Below, in pieces: positions 20,087-29,910 of a stretch of 64,000 nucleotides of DNA. Position numbers and translations under genes: made by a program. The notes under the pieces were generated by a model that saw only the letters and a program-made list of their open reading frames with translations, was not told where the DNA came from and did not search any database. The first letter of the stretch is position 1; every line of letters begins with the position of its first letter. The stretch is taken from positions 8,205-72,204 of the forward strand of contig CAZTEC010000002.1 in assembly GCA_964612765.1 (NCBI GenBank), read 5' to 3'. This stretch comes from an uncultured Carnobacteriaceae bacterium. Lineage in GTDB: Bacteria; Bacillota; Bacilli; Lactobacillales; Carnobacteriaceae_A.

Positions 20087-21148
20087 CTATCCTCCTATAA
20101 ATTTAAACTTCGTTCTGCCTTTAATCATTTCAAGTAATGGCAATGAAGTTTCTGTAACTTGTCCTAATACATTTATTCGGTCATCCGCTGGCAAATCTCG
20201 TTTTGTCACCTGAATTTCACCTGAATAGCGCCCATATTCATCATTGTCAATGGTGACTGTCCCTCTTGGTCGAGCCACACCATGATTATTTTGCGGTATT
20301 GCTGTATCTTTTAGCAAAATACGCGATTGACTAGATCGGACAACATCTGCTGCGATATCGGGACGATTCACCTGCTTGTCATAAAAGTTTACCGGCAAAC
20401 TTTCCGTTACTTTCTCTAGCGGCAAAGTGATGATTTCATCCTCAATCCAAGTCTCTAATCGTTTAAGCGAAGCTTCACTCATTTCAATATCGCCGACAAG
20501 TACTTCATCCACATAAAAATTGTCCATTAAATCTAAGTATGCATATAATGGATCGGCTTCACGATGTTCTTCAAGAGTTGGTAAACCGGCATAAATAGGG
20601 CCACGTTTTTCACCGTCTCCAGGGATAAAGGCTTGAATACGAAATCCTTTTTCATGAAGATACGCATTGCGCTCATATAAAAACTCACGACCTAGACCTG
20701 TATTTTCTCTCGGATAAAAATTATGACACAAGGTAATATCAGATAAATCAAAACCAACAGCTTCTAATTCTTTACTTGTCTCATCATTAATTGTACTTGC
20801 ATTTAAGACAATTTTAAAATCATTTGCTAATTCTTTCATTTCTTCGTAAGTAAAACCGTAATCCATACGTAAGCTACTCACGCCTAAATTTTTAAAGAAG
20901 GATTTTGCATCTTCTTTCTTAACGCCATAGATATCGAATGTTCCAGACGAAACATCTGTCATCAGTTCCATCCCATATCCATTCATTTTTTCTGTGATTC
21001 GTTTTAATTCTTCTAATGTATTGCTTGGGTCATCTTCAGGAATATGCATTGACGTAAAAATAGTTTTTACACCATTTTGGTACATGCGATCGATAAAAGT
21101 TAAATTCTTTTCAATGCCCTCAGCTAAATATAATGATGCACCTAACAT
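20087..21148 (-). CDS. mupG: MupG/DUF871 6-phospho-N-acetylmuramidase family
   Basis: IFTSMHIPED, LRMDYG, LNAST, CHNFYPRENTGL, GLPTLEEHR, YGRYSGEIQ. Confidence 0.88.
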   Translation of the reverse strand: MLGASLYLAEGIEKNLTFIDRMYQNGVKTIFTSMHIPEDDPSNTLEELKRITEKMNGYGMELMTDVSSGTFDIYGVKKEDAKSFFKNLGVSSLRMDYGFTYEEMKELANDFKIVLNASTINDETSKELEAVGFDLSDITLCHNFYPRENTGLGREFLYERNAYLHEKGFRIQAFIPGDGEKRGPIYAGLPTLEEHREADPLYAYLDLMDNFYVDEVLVGDIEMSEASLKRLETWIEDEIITLPLEKVTESLPVNFYDKQVNRPDIAADVVRSSQSRILLKDTAIPQNNHGVARPRGTVTIDNDEYGRYSGEIQVTKRDLPADDRINVLGQVTETSLPLLEMIKGRTKFKFIGG

Positions 21149-21231
21149 TTAATCTCTCCTTGTCTACTTTAAAAAAAGAAAAGAGGAGTCACTCGCACTC
21201 CTCTTCAACTCATGCCATTTAATCATACTTT

Positions 21232-22551
21232 TTATTCAGGAACTGACATGTCGCGATTTTCTAATTTTTCAGCTTCTAAATCTTGTTTTTCTAATGTTTT
21301 AATGAATGGATAGAAAATTAAGCCCATTGCCACCCATCCAAGGAAGACGTATACCATTGGCCAAATTTGTGCGTTTGTTGCTAAGAATGTTTTTAAAGGT
21401 GCCGGCATAATCCAAGGAACAGATAATACTGGAACTGGCAACAATCCAAAGTTTACAAGAACAATTGCTAGAATGGCTAATACCACATAACTTAAGATGA
21501 ATGGAATCATCATTACTGGGTTTAACATAATTGGAAGACCAAAAATCAATGGTTCACCAATATTGAATAAGGCTGCTGGTAAAGCTAATAGACCTAATGA
21601 ACGAATGCGTGATGATTTAGAGAACGACATCACTAAAGCCATTGGCGCTAAACCTGTCCATACATAGTTGTCCATTAATAAAGAAGTCCAAGTGTATGGT
21701 AAATCTGAAGCAGCCATACTTCCCACTTGTTGGAAAGCTTCTTGGTTTGCTGCAACCATTTGTGTCCAGAAAGTACCCGCAACAGATGAAACAATATTTG
21801 AACCGTGAATTCCTACTGACCATAATAGACGGTTAAGAACTACAGTAAATAACATCGCCCCTTCAGTATCTCCAACTTGAACAAGTGGTTCGAAGATACT
21901 TTGGATTACTTGTGGAAAGTTCACTTGAAGAACGTGACCAAGAATCCACCAAACAATAATAACAACTGTACTTGGGATTAACGCAACAAAAGCTTGAGAA
22001 ACATTTGTCGGTACGTTTTCTGGTAATTTGATAACAATATTTTGTTTCACAATTAAACGATAAATTTCTACAGTAACAATACCTACAATAAGTGCTGTAA
22101 ATACACCGATTGCTCCTAGGTATGTTGTTGGAACTCCTGAGAATGCGACTGGATCAGCTGACCCTTCAACAATCGTTTGAACTGTTTGAGCTGGATTCAA
22201 TAATAAAAATGAAGCTAATGATAAAACGACTGTTTGTAAAGGATCGATACTATATCCTTTATTATTGTTATACCATTCCGTTAAACCATATGCGACTGTA
22301 ACAGATGAATAAATTCCTAAGAATGATGTTCCTACTCCTGAAGCAGCAGCCAATGTCCAGCGAAACTCGCCTAGCATTTCTAAATAGGGATCAAATGGGA
22401 ATGATGCCGCAATTAAGAATAATGATCCGATAATTAATAAACTCATAATACCTAAACCCATACGTTGCATTACTTGAACATAACGCATTTGTGAAAATTT
22501 CAATAGCGGTGGCGCTATTCTATTTTCTATAAAACCTGTTAATCTATCCAC
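21232..22551 (-). CDS. PTS Lac/cellobiose-family EIIC component (no adjacent IIA/IIB)
   Basis: IKLPENVPTNVSQAFVALIP, WSVGIHG, FNIGEPLIFGLPIMLNP. Confidence 0.9.
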   Translation of the reverse strand: MDRLTGFIENRIAPPLLKFSQMRYVQVMQRMGLGIMSLLIIGSLFLIAASFPFDPYLEMLGEFRWTLAAASGVGTSFLGIYSSVTVAYGLTEWYNNNKGYSIDPLQTVVLSLASFLLLNPAQTVQTIVEGSADPVAFSGVPTTYLGAIGVFTALIVGIVTVEIYRLIVKQNIVIKLPENVPTNVSQAFVALIPSTVVIIVWWILGHVLQVNFPQVIQSIFEPLVQVGDTEGAMLFTVVLNRLLWSVGIHGSNIVSSVAGTFWTQMVAANQEAFQQVGSMAASDLPYTWTSLLMDNYVWTGLAPMALVMSFSKSSRIRSLGLLALPAALFNIGEPLIFGLPIMLNPVMMIPFILSYVVLAILAIVLVNFGLLPVPVLSVPWIMPAPLKTFLATNAQIWPMVYVFLGWVAMGLIFYPFIKTLEKQDLEAEKLENRDMSVPE

Positions 22552-22596
22552 AATAATTTCCTCCTCGTTTTTTCAACGATATTTTTTGGTATTGTC

Positions 22597-22667
22597 ATAT
22601 TATCACAGCGCTTCCAATTATGCAACTATATTTTACTTTTTTTATCTCATTATGAAATATATTTTCC
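22597..22667 (-). promoter_or_regulatory. SigA promoter of EIIC-mupG-murQ-murR with cre in spacer and paired RpiR-type operators
   Basis: TTGCAT-17-TAATAT on - strand; TGGAAGCGCTGTGA (22603-22616); motifs at 22621-22636 and 22653-22667. Confidence 0.6.
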
Positions 22668-22747
22668 GAACAAGCATTAAATCAAATAAAAAAAGAGCCC
22701 GCTGTTTACCTAAACAAACACGACTCTTTCCTCATTTTTTCAAATAA

Positions 22748-22969
22748 TTATAAATATTCTTCTGTTTTCACTTTGACCATGATAACATCGCTAACTTTTT
22801 CTTTAATGATTTTTTTCGCGATGCCTACAGAAGACTCTGGATTTTCTGCATCCGTTTCGAAATATAATTTTATCCCATCTTTTTTAACGAATGTGAACGA
22901 TGGACTTTCGTTTGCTTCCAGTTTCTCGATAATTTGGTTGTGCATTAATGGACTATTTACAATAATCAT
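22748..22969 (-). CDS. Hypothetical 73-aa protein coupled to nagZ
   Basis: RBS GGAGG inside the nagZ 3' end, ATG 2 bp after nagZ stop, followed by a terminator hairpin. Confidence 0.7.
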   Translation of the reverse strand: MIIVNSPLMHNQIIEKLEANESPSFTFVKKDGIKLYFETDAENPESSVGIAKKIIKEKVSDVIMVKVKTEEYL

Positions 22970-22971
22970 TT

Positions 22972-24555
22972 CTATTCCTCCGTTTTATTTATATTTAAAG
23001 TGATTGGGGACTGACCGGTTGGCTTCATCTCCTCTAATAATGTGCGTAACGCAATTTCAACCGGCTTGCGACTTGGCTCATAAAGATTGAACCAGGTGTT
23101 CGCATTTGGTATCCATTGACCAATGTATGGATTTTTCATCGATACAATATTTAGCGGTTTTCGTTGGGCGATGTGATTTGCGAATTCAATGATTGCATCA
23201 TCTTCGCTAGCCACCATCGTTCCTAAAATTACATGATCTACTGCATCTACTTTTTCTAGTACTTCCTCACAATTAGTCGTTTTTAAATCATCGGTAACAA
23301 TAACACTTTCAACCGAATGAAATATTTTTTCGGCTAGAGAGGATAAAGCATAATCCGCTGTCACAGGGTCATCCCCCACGGTTCTTAATTCATCGATGGG
23401 TTGAAGAATCAATACAGAATCCGTCGGTTGAATGGATTGCCCCTCTTTCAGAATGGTTACACTTTTTAGATATGCGTCATGCGCAAGTTCTTTTTTACCT
23501 TTGTTATTATAAGAGTTTGAAATGGTTGTGTCATCTAATTTCAATTCATCCCAGTTTAAATAGTTATCTTTAAACCTATTCATTCGCTGATTCGATTCTT
23601 CGATTCTTTCTCTAGAGATTTCACCTTTTTCTACAGCCTCGATGACTCGTTCAATGGCTGAAAGTTGAACCTCTGAAAAATGCCCGACCAATACTTGGTC
23701 CACTCCTGCTTGAATCGCTTGAACAGCCCCATTTGGAACACCAATCGTATCCGCAATTGCCTTCATTTCTAATGCATCTGTTACGATAACTCCGTCGAAA
23801 CCAAGTTCCTCACGAAGCAATCCAGTAATAATATTTTTAGATAATGTCGCCGGTCTTCCTTCTTCTGGTTCAAGGGCCGGGAAAACGATGTGCGCAGTTA
23901 GAATACAGTCTGCTCCATTTTTAATGGCTTCTTTAAAGGGTTTCAATTCAACCGCATGCAAACGATCCAAATCATGAAGGATTACAGGTAAGGCAAAGTG
24001 TGAATCTGAGGACGTATCGCCATGTCCTGGAAAATGTTTGATTGCTGTGCCAACTTGCGCACTTTGCAATCCTTTCATTACTTCCACTCCATATTCAACG
24101 ACTCTTTCCGGTGTTTCACCAAAGGAACGCACACCAATTACCGGATTAGATGGATTATTATTGATATCCAACACGGGTGCATAATTCCAATTAATTCCTA
24201 GTGCTTTTAAATCTTCACCGGTTGCTTTGCCAATTTCATATGCAACTTTTGGATCATTTGTCGCAGACAAAGCTAATGCTCCTGGATATTCTCTTCCCTC
24301 GTGATAAATCCGTTTAACAAACCCATTTTCTTCGTCAATCGAAATGAGTAACGGTCGTACATACCCCGCATTTTTTGCTTCTTTTTGCAACGCGTTGGTA
24401 AGTTGTAATATTTCTTTGGCCGTCCCGACATTATTCGCAAAAAGAATGACGCCTCCGATATGGTATTCATGAATGAGGTTTTTCAACTCTCTTGTTACGG
24501 TCATGCCCTCAAAGCCGACAGTAAACAATTGACCAATTGCTTTTTTAAGTTCCAT
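22972..24555 (-). CDS. nagZ: GH3 beta-N-acetylglucosaminidase, no signal peptide
   Basis: KHFPGHGDTSSDSH signature, SIDEENG, TDALEM; ATG 24555 after AGGAGG. Confidence 0.92.
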   Translation of the reverse strand: MELKKAIGQLFTVGFEGMTVTRELKNLIHEYHIGGVILFANNVGTAKEILQLTNALQKEAKNAGYVRPLLISIDEENGFVKRIYHEGREYPGALALSATNDPKVAYEIGKATGEDLKALGINWNYAPVLDINNNPSNPVIGVRSFGETPERVVEYGVEVMKGLQSAQVGTAIKHFPGHGDTSSDSHFALPVILHDLDRLHAVELKPFKEAIKNGADCILTAHIVFPALEPEEGRPATLSKNIITGLLREELGFDGVIVTDALEMKAIADTIGVPNGAVQAIQAGVDQVLVGHFSEVQLSAIERVIEAVEKGEISRERIEESNQRMNRFKDNYLNWDELKLDDTTISNSYNNKGKKELAHDAYLKSVTILKEGQSIQPTDSVLILQPIDELRTVGDDPVTADYALSSLAEKIFHSVESVIVTDDLKTTNCEEVLEKVDAVDHVILGTMVASEDDAIIEFANHIAQRKPLNIVSMKNPYIGQWIPNANTWFNLYEPSRKPVEIALRTLLEEMKPTGQSPITLNINKTEE

Positions 24556-24743
24556 AATACCTCCTGTTGTAATTATATTTAACAATATTATTACATAATT
24601 AGAAATATTATTCCATACGTTTGATCATTTTTCTGAATTTTTCATTCCTTAATACAAGGAAAAGTAAAAGAGCGAGATATCATTTTACAATATCTCGCTC
24701 TATTTGTTGATCTATTTTGTTAGGTGATTAAAATAATTAGCGT

Positions 24744-26045
24744 TTAAATTTCAACTGCTTCTGTATTGTCGCCTGCTACTTGTTTTTCTCTTTCTGCTGC
24801 TTCTCTTTCTAACGCTTCTTTATCCACACTACGAATGAATGGATAGTAAATCGCCATACTCATCACTAATGTAACCAGTTGTAAGAGTGCTCCAGAGAAT
24901 TTTCCTCCGGTTGCTAGATAACCTGAGACGACCGCTGGCATTGTCCAAGGAACAACGATTCCGGCTGGTCGAGCAACTAATCCTAATGACATTGCAAAGT
25001 ATGAAACAACTGCGATAGCCATTGGCGCAAGAACAAATGGTACGAGCATTTTTAAGTTTAATACGATTGGCAAACCAAACATTAATGGTTCGTTAATATT
25101 GAAAATACCAGATGGTACAACTAAACGACCTAATGTTTTTAATTGCTCACTCTTCGTGAAGAACAACATAATTAGCGCTAAACCAAGTGTTGATCCTCCA
25201 CCACCCATCCAAACGAAAATATTCATGAATTCGTTAGTGATAATGTTTGGTAGAGCTTCGCCTGCTTCAAATGCCAAACGGTTTTGATCCGAGTTAGCTA
25301 ACCAAACCGGCTGCATAATTGGACCAATAATATTGTTCCCGTGAATTCCTAAGAACCAGAAGAATGAGTTTAAGAAGATCATTAATAGAGATCCCCAAAG
25401 TGATGAACCAACTGCGGTAAATGGACGTCCAATTGTTTGTGTCACTAGAACGTGAATATTTCCATCAGCGACTCCCGTCATATCCATGATTGCATATACT
25501 ACACCGAATAATAAAATGACTAAAAATCCAGGAATGAGTGCTGAGAACGAACGAGATACGGCTGGCGGAACACCATCCGGCATTTTGATTGTCCAGTCTT
25601 TTCTAACGGCGTAACTAAAGACTTCACCCGTTATTAGACCTACCACAATAGCAATGAATAAACCGGCACTTCCAACGTATGTGTACATAATTCCTGTACC
25701 AGCATCCGTTACTAAATCTGGAGTAACAATAATAAATGCAGAAACTGCAATTGCCCCAGCAGATGTCCCATCAAATCCATAATGTCTCGTTAAACTATTT
25801 GCGATACCAAACACGGCAATTAATGCCATGATACCAAATGAACCGTTCGTAATTTTACTGAAATATGGCGCAATACCAATTTCACTAATCCAGTTCATAT
25901 AAGCATCTGAAGGTAAGTTACCTAAAATCAAGAACAAAGAACCAATAATAATCAAAGGCATACCTAAAACGATACCATTACGTAATGCAATTAAATGCCT
26001 TTGCGAACCTATTCGTCCTGCGATACTTTCGACTCTTTCTAACAT
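24744..26045 (-). CDS. Second PTS Lac/cellobiose-family EIIC (no adjacent IIA/IIB)
   Basis: IKMPDGVPPAVSRSFSALIP, WFLGIHG, MGGGGSTL, FNINEPLMFGLPIVLN; ATG 26045 after GGAAGGA. Confidence 0.9.
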   Translation of the reverse strand: MLERVESIAGRIGSQRHLIALRNGIVLGMPLIIIGSLFLILGNLPSDAYMNWISEIGIAPYFSKITNGSFGIMALIAVFGIANSLTRHYGFDGTSAGAIAVSAFIIVTPDLVTDAGTGIMYTYVGSAGLFIAIVVGLITGEVFSYAVRKDWTIKMPDGVPPAVSRSFSALIPGFLVILLFGVVYAIMDMTGVADGNIHVLVTQTIGRPFTAVGSSLWGSLLMIFLNSFFWFLGIHGNNIIGPIMQPVWLANSDQNRLAFEAGEALPNIITNEFMNIFVWMGGGGSTLGLALIMLFFTKSEQLKTLGRLVVPSGIFNINEPLMFGLPIVLNLKMLVPFVLAPMAIAVVSYFAMSLGLVARPAGIVVPWTMPAVVSGYLATGGKFSGALLQLVTLVMSMAIYYPFIRSVDKEALEREAAEREKQVAGDNTEAVEI

Positions 26046-26230
26046 GTATATTCCTTCCCTTCTTATATCTTTCATTGTTTGTTTTATTTCTATATAAGAT
26101 TCGAACGACACCAACTAGTAAAAATAAGGGTTTAGAACACTTGACCATTACTTAGAACACTATGCGAATGCTATCCTACACCTCTTGAGAAATAAAACAA
26201 TGCCTCTCACCTAAGACGACCAACAAAATA

Positions 26231-26284
26231 ATGAAACCAATTTCATTTCAAATTTATTATACATTGAATAAAATATCATCTCAA
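26231..26284 (-). promoter_or_regulatory. SigA promoter of second EIIC flanked by two operator-like palindromes
   Basis: TTGAGA(26284-26279)-17-TATAAT(26261-26256); ATGAAACCAATTTCAT at 26231-26246 and TGAATAAAATATCA at 26265-26278. Confidence 0.65.
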
Positions 26285-26462
26285 GAAACACCCCTGTAAC
26301 TTAGTGAGAATTGTAAATTTTTTCAAGGTATTATTAAACGCATAAAGATATTGTGACTACTAGATTAAGAATGTCATATTTTGGTTACAGTTTCGAAACT
26401 TCCAACATTTTCCCTGCAAATTAGCTTATGATAACACCACAACAAGCGCAAGGGGTTATCAA

Positions 26463-26672
26463 ATGAGTGAACTGCTTTTAACTTTTATCACCAAATACCA
26501 TTCTCATATCGTTTTTATCTACTGTCTACTCATCACGACACAATCCACTAATTTATCGATTCGCTTTGGTGAGAATGGCTTCCTACTCTTTTTTATAAGA
26601 ACTGGTTTGTTGCTCTTTTCCGTTCTTAGACTTGTCCAGCTTCTCCTACAAAGAATAACAAATTCAAATTAA
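26463..26672 (+). CDS. Possible small two-helix membrane protein
   Basis: AAGGGG RBS-like element, TATGAT upstream, two hydrophobic stretches; no recognised family. Confidence 0.4.
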   Translation: MSELLLTFITKYHSHIVFIYCLLITTQSTNLSIRFGENGFLLFFIRTGLLLFSVLRLVQLLLQRITNSN

Positions 26673-27814
26673 TCCATCGCTTTCACTTGCCCAAAAGTCA
26701 CCTTCCCTAAAATGACTGCCTTCTGAGCACCTGTTGCAGACGGAACATTACTTGGCTGTTGGTGCATCGTTTGATTCCCTAGAATCGTCATCGCTACTGC
26801 TTCTTTCGCATCAGAAAATAAACCTAAATCTTCTTGTCGCAGGACAGAAATTTCAGGTAATACTTCTTTTATCATCGCCACTAAGGTTGGATTGTAACTT
26901 CCACCTCCACCAATGATTAGATCCGTATTTTTTGTAATGAAAGGCCGTACTCCTTTTGCAATAGTTTCCGCCGTAAACCTAGTTGCTGTCGCAATCCAAT
27001 CATCCGTTGATAATTCAAATTTCCTTAAATAGGCTTGAACAAACTGCGTGCCAAAATCTTCCCGGCCTGTCGTTTTTGGAACAGGCTTAGCAAAGTAAGG
27101 ATGTTGTAACCACTCTGCCAATAATTCTTGATGCACTGATCCATTTTGTCCATGCTGACCATCCCGATCAAAAGGTTCATCGTAAAAATGTTGCGTCAAT
27201 TCATTGATGATCATATTTCCTGGACCTGTATCAAAAGCCACCAATTTATCCAGCGAACCTCGCGGTGGAATCACTGTCACATTCCCAATCCCACCAATAT
27301 TTTGTAATAAACGCGTACGCTTTTCGTCCCGATACAAGATAAATTCAGAATACGGAACAATTGGCGCTCCTTGCCCTCCAACCGCCATATCACGTGGTCG
27401 AAAATCGGATACCACCGTACATCCTGTTCGCTCTGCAATAACTGCCGCTTCGCCAATTTGGAGAGTGGATGCCTGGTACTCTTCTGTTGAATTTGGGATA
27501 TGATAAATTGTCTGCCCATGTGAAGCTATAAAAGCCACTTCGCTTAATGAAATCTCAGACTCCTCGCTGACTTTGATAGCTGCCTCCGCAAATAATTCTC
27601 CGAGTTCGGCATTCAACGAGCTAATTAACGCCGCGTTCGATTCTTCGAGCGAAAAAGATGCGCGAATTCGTTGCTCTATTTTTAAAGGCATGTCTAGCGA
27701 ACTAAAATGAACCAACTCTACTTTTGTATTTTCATTCACGCCAGAAATCTCGACTAAAGCTGCATCCACGCCATCTAAAGAAGTCCCTGACATCAACCCA
27801 ATTGCATAAACCAT
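26669..27814 (-). CDS. anmK: Anhydro-N-acetylmuramic acid kinase
   Basis: IGLMSGTSLDGVD, SHGQTIYH, DFRPRDMAVGGQGAP, NIGGIGN, FDTGPGN, PKTTGRE, KEAVAM. Confidence 0.95.
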   Translation of the reverse strand: MVYAIGLMSGTSLDGVDAALVEISGVNENTKVELVHFSSLDMPLKIEQRIRASFSLEESNAALISSLNAELGELFAEAAIKVSEESEISLSEVAFIASHGQTIYHIPNSTEEYQASTLQIGEAAVIAERTGCTVVSDFRPRDMAVGGQGAPIVPYSEFILYRDEKRTRLLQNIGGIGNVTVIPPRGSLDKLVAFDTGPGNMIINELTQHFYDEPFDRDGQHGQNGSVHQELLAEWLQHPYFAKPVPKTTGREDFGTQFVQAYLRKFELSTDDWIATATRFTAETIAKGVRPFITKNTDLIIGGGGSYNPTLVAMIKEVLPEISVLRQEDLGLFSDAKEAVAMTILGNQTMHQQPSNVPSATGAQKAVILGKVTFGQVKAMD

Positions 27815-27891
27815 AATGATCACCTAACTATTTTTTTGAATTTAAAACGATATGACCCTACGACAACTGAATGTGCAGGGTCGAGATTTTT

Positions 27892-28767
27892 CTATTTTTC
27901 ATAATACTGTGACTTGAAGACTGGCATCTCATGATCCTCACCATAGTGTTCAATTAAAGGTAAGTCATTCAATAACTTCATATCTTCATTTGAGATTGTA
28001 AAATCTACCTCTGCGTTACTTTTCATATGCTCTTTATTTGTTGATTTCGGTAAAGCAACCAAACCTAGTTGGAGAACGTAACGAAGACTTAATTGAGCTG
28101 ACGACACAGAATATTTTTCTGCTACTTCTTTAATTTTGGGATGATCTAAAATGGCACCATGAGCAATTGGGGAATAAGCTTGAACAACAATATCATGACT
28201 TTGGCTATACGTGATTACATCTGTTGGGATATTCGTGATATGAGCCAACACCTGATTTACCATGGGTTTCACTTGACCATTTTCAATTAAATTATCTAAA
28301 TCTCTTTGTTCAAAATTCGAAACACCAATTGCTTTTATTTTCCCAGATTCGTAGGCTTCTTCTAAAGCACGCCAAGCTTCTAAATTCCCTGAAAAATGTG
28401 GATCACCACCATCTCTGAAATTTGCCCAAGGCTGTGGACTATGAATAAGCATCAAATCAATATACTCGATATCTAACTTTTGAAGCGATCCCTCAATTGC
28501 ATGAACGGCCTCTTCGTATTCTTTTATATTTCCCTCTAATTTTGTAGTAACAAAAATTTCTTCTCTAGGAAGACCAGATTCTCGAACTGCACGACCAACT
28601 GCTTCTTCATTTTGATAAGATTGGGCTGTATCAATATGGCGATATCCTACAGCCAAAGCATCTTTGACGACTTGAGCGGCAATGTTATTATCAATCATCC
28701 ACATTCCTGCACCTGTTTTGGGGATTTCCACGCCATTCGTTAAGGTAAACGTTTCATCTAAAATCAT
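27892..28767 (-). CDS. Aldo/keto reductase
   Basis: GYRHIDTA, FVTTKL, YIDLMLIHSP, AIGVSNF, LPKS. Confidence 0.92.
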   Translation of the reverse strand: MILDETFTLTNGVEIPKTGAGMWMIDNNIAAQVVKDALAVGYRHIDTAQSYQNEEAVGRAVRESGLPREEIFVTTKLEGNIKEYEEAVHAIEGSLQKLDIEYIDLMLIHSPQPWANFRDGGDPHFSGNLEAWRALEEAYESGKIKAIGVSNFEQRDLDNLIENGQVKPMVNQVLAHITNIPTDVITYSQSHDIVVQAYSPIAHGAILDHPKIKEVAEKYSVSSAQLSLRYVLQLGLVALPKSTNKEHMKSNAEVDFTISNEDMKLLNDLPLIEHYGEDHEMPVFKSQYYEK

Positions 28768-28860
28768 AATTTATCCTCTTTCCTTATTTTATTTTACTAC
28801 TGACTATATTCATTTTAATTCTTAAAGTTCACTTTAACGCAAGAAATATCCACTCAAAAT

Positions 28861-29910
28861 TTAATAAAAAAGATTGCGAATGATTTTATGTACCTCTGGT
28901 CGAAAATATAACCCTTCTGGCGCTCGACCATAATGCACGCGATTCGTTAGCAAGATTATACTAAGTTCTAACTTCGGATCAAACCACAAACTTGTGCCGG
29001 TGAAACCGGTATGACCATAGGCGCTATCTGGAAATGCGGTGCTAAATGGTGAAGATTTTTCAGAGCCTAGTTGCCACCCGAGTCCACGGTTTTCATTTAA
29101 CGAAGAGGTGAAATTTTGTTTTGATTGTCGAACGATTTCGGCGGATAATATTCGATTTCCTTGGTAAACGCCATCGTTTTCAATCATTTGGACAAAGTGA
29201 GAGAGGTCAGCTAATGTGCTGAAAAGTCCGGCATGTCCGCTTATCCCGCCCATTGCTTCGGCATTGTTGTCGTGAACTGCACCAATTTTATATGTTTGGA
29301 GAGCTTCGTTATATTCGGTTGCTGCGTAACGTGTCTGTGGAAAATCTGGTCGAAAACTTGTCTCGTTCATTCCGAGCGGCTTGAAGATTTCATCTGTTGC
29401 GAATTTTTCGAACGGATTCTGGATGACTGTTTCGACAATTTTCCCCAATAACATGAAGCCTAAATCGCTATAATTTACGGCTATACCAGGTTTAGAGATT
29501 AATTTTTCTCCCATAATAGCGTTGAAGATTTCGTCTTTCGATAAATTTTCTTTGTAAAATTTTCGGTGACTAGGCAAACCAGAAGTATGAGTCAATAAAT
29601 GTTCGACAGTCACTGATTCTTTGTTATTCTGGCTAAATTCAGGCAATAGCGAACTGATGGAATCTGATAATTTGAGTTGCTTGTCGTCAATTAATTTTAA
29701 GACACTTGGTAAGGTTGCGACAACTTTTGTGAGTGAAGCAATGTCAAATATTGTGTCGATTTCCATTGGCTGCTGTTCGTTTTCATAATCTATGCGAAAA
29801 CCGAGCGCTCTTTTAATTTGAGCTTGTCCTTTGTGACTCACTTGTAAAACAGCGCCGGGAATATGTTTTTGGTTTATTTCATTTTGTAAAAATTCGATGA
29901 CTTCTTTCAT
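28861..29910 (-). CDS. Beta-lactamase-fold serine hydrolase, AmiE/NamA-like amidase candidate, no signal peptide
   Basis: FDIASLTK (SxxK), LLTHTSGL, YSD, VHDNNA, GHAGLFS, YGHTGFTGT; context with nagZ/murQ. Confidence 0.8.
   Translation of the reverse strand: MKEVIEFLQNEINQKHIPGAVLQVSHKGQAQIKRALGFRIDYENEQQPMEIDTIFDIASLTKVVATLPSVLKLIDDKQLKLSDSISSLLPEFSQNNKESVTVEHLLTHTSGLPSHRKFYKENLSKDEIFNAIMGEKLISKPGIAVNYSDLGFMLLGKIVETVIQNPFEKFATDEIFKPLGMNETSFRPDFPQTRYAATEYNEALQTYKIGAVHDNNAEAMGGISGHAGLFSTLADLSHFVQMIENDGVYQGNRILSAEIVRQSKQNFTSSLNENRGLGWQLGSEKSSPFSTAFPDSAYGHTGFTGTSLWFDPKLELSIILLTNRVHYGRAPEGLYFRPEVHKIIRNLFY

Noticed and set aside
28861-29910. Beta-lactam resistance gene
   Set aside because: SxxK fold only; no signal peptide, and the context (nagZ, murQ, anmK, shared operator motif) points to muropeptide recycling.
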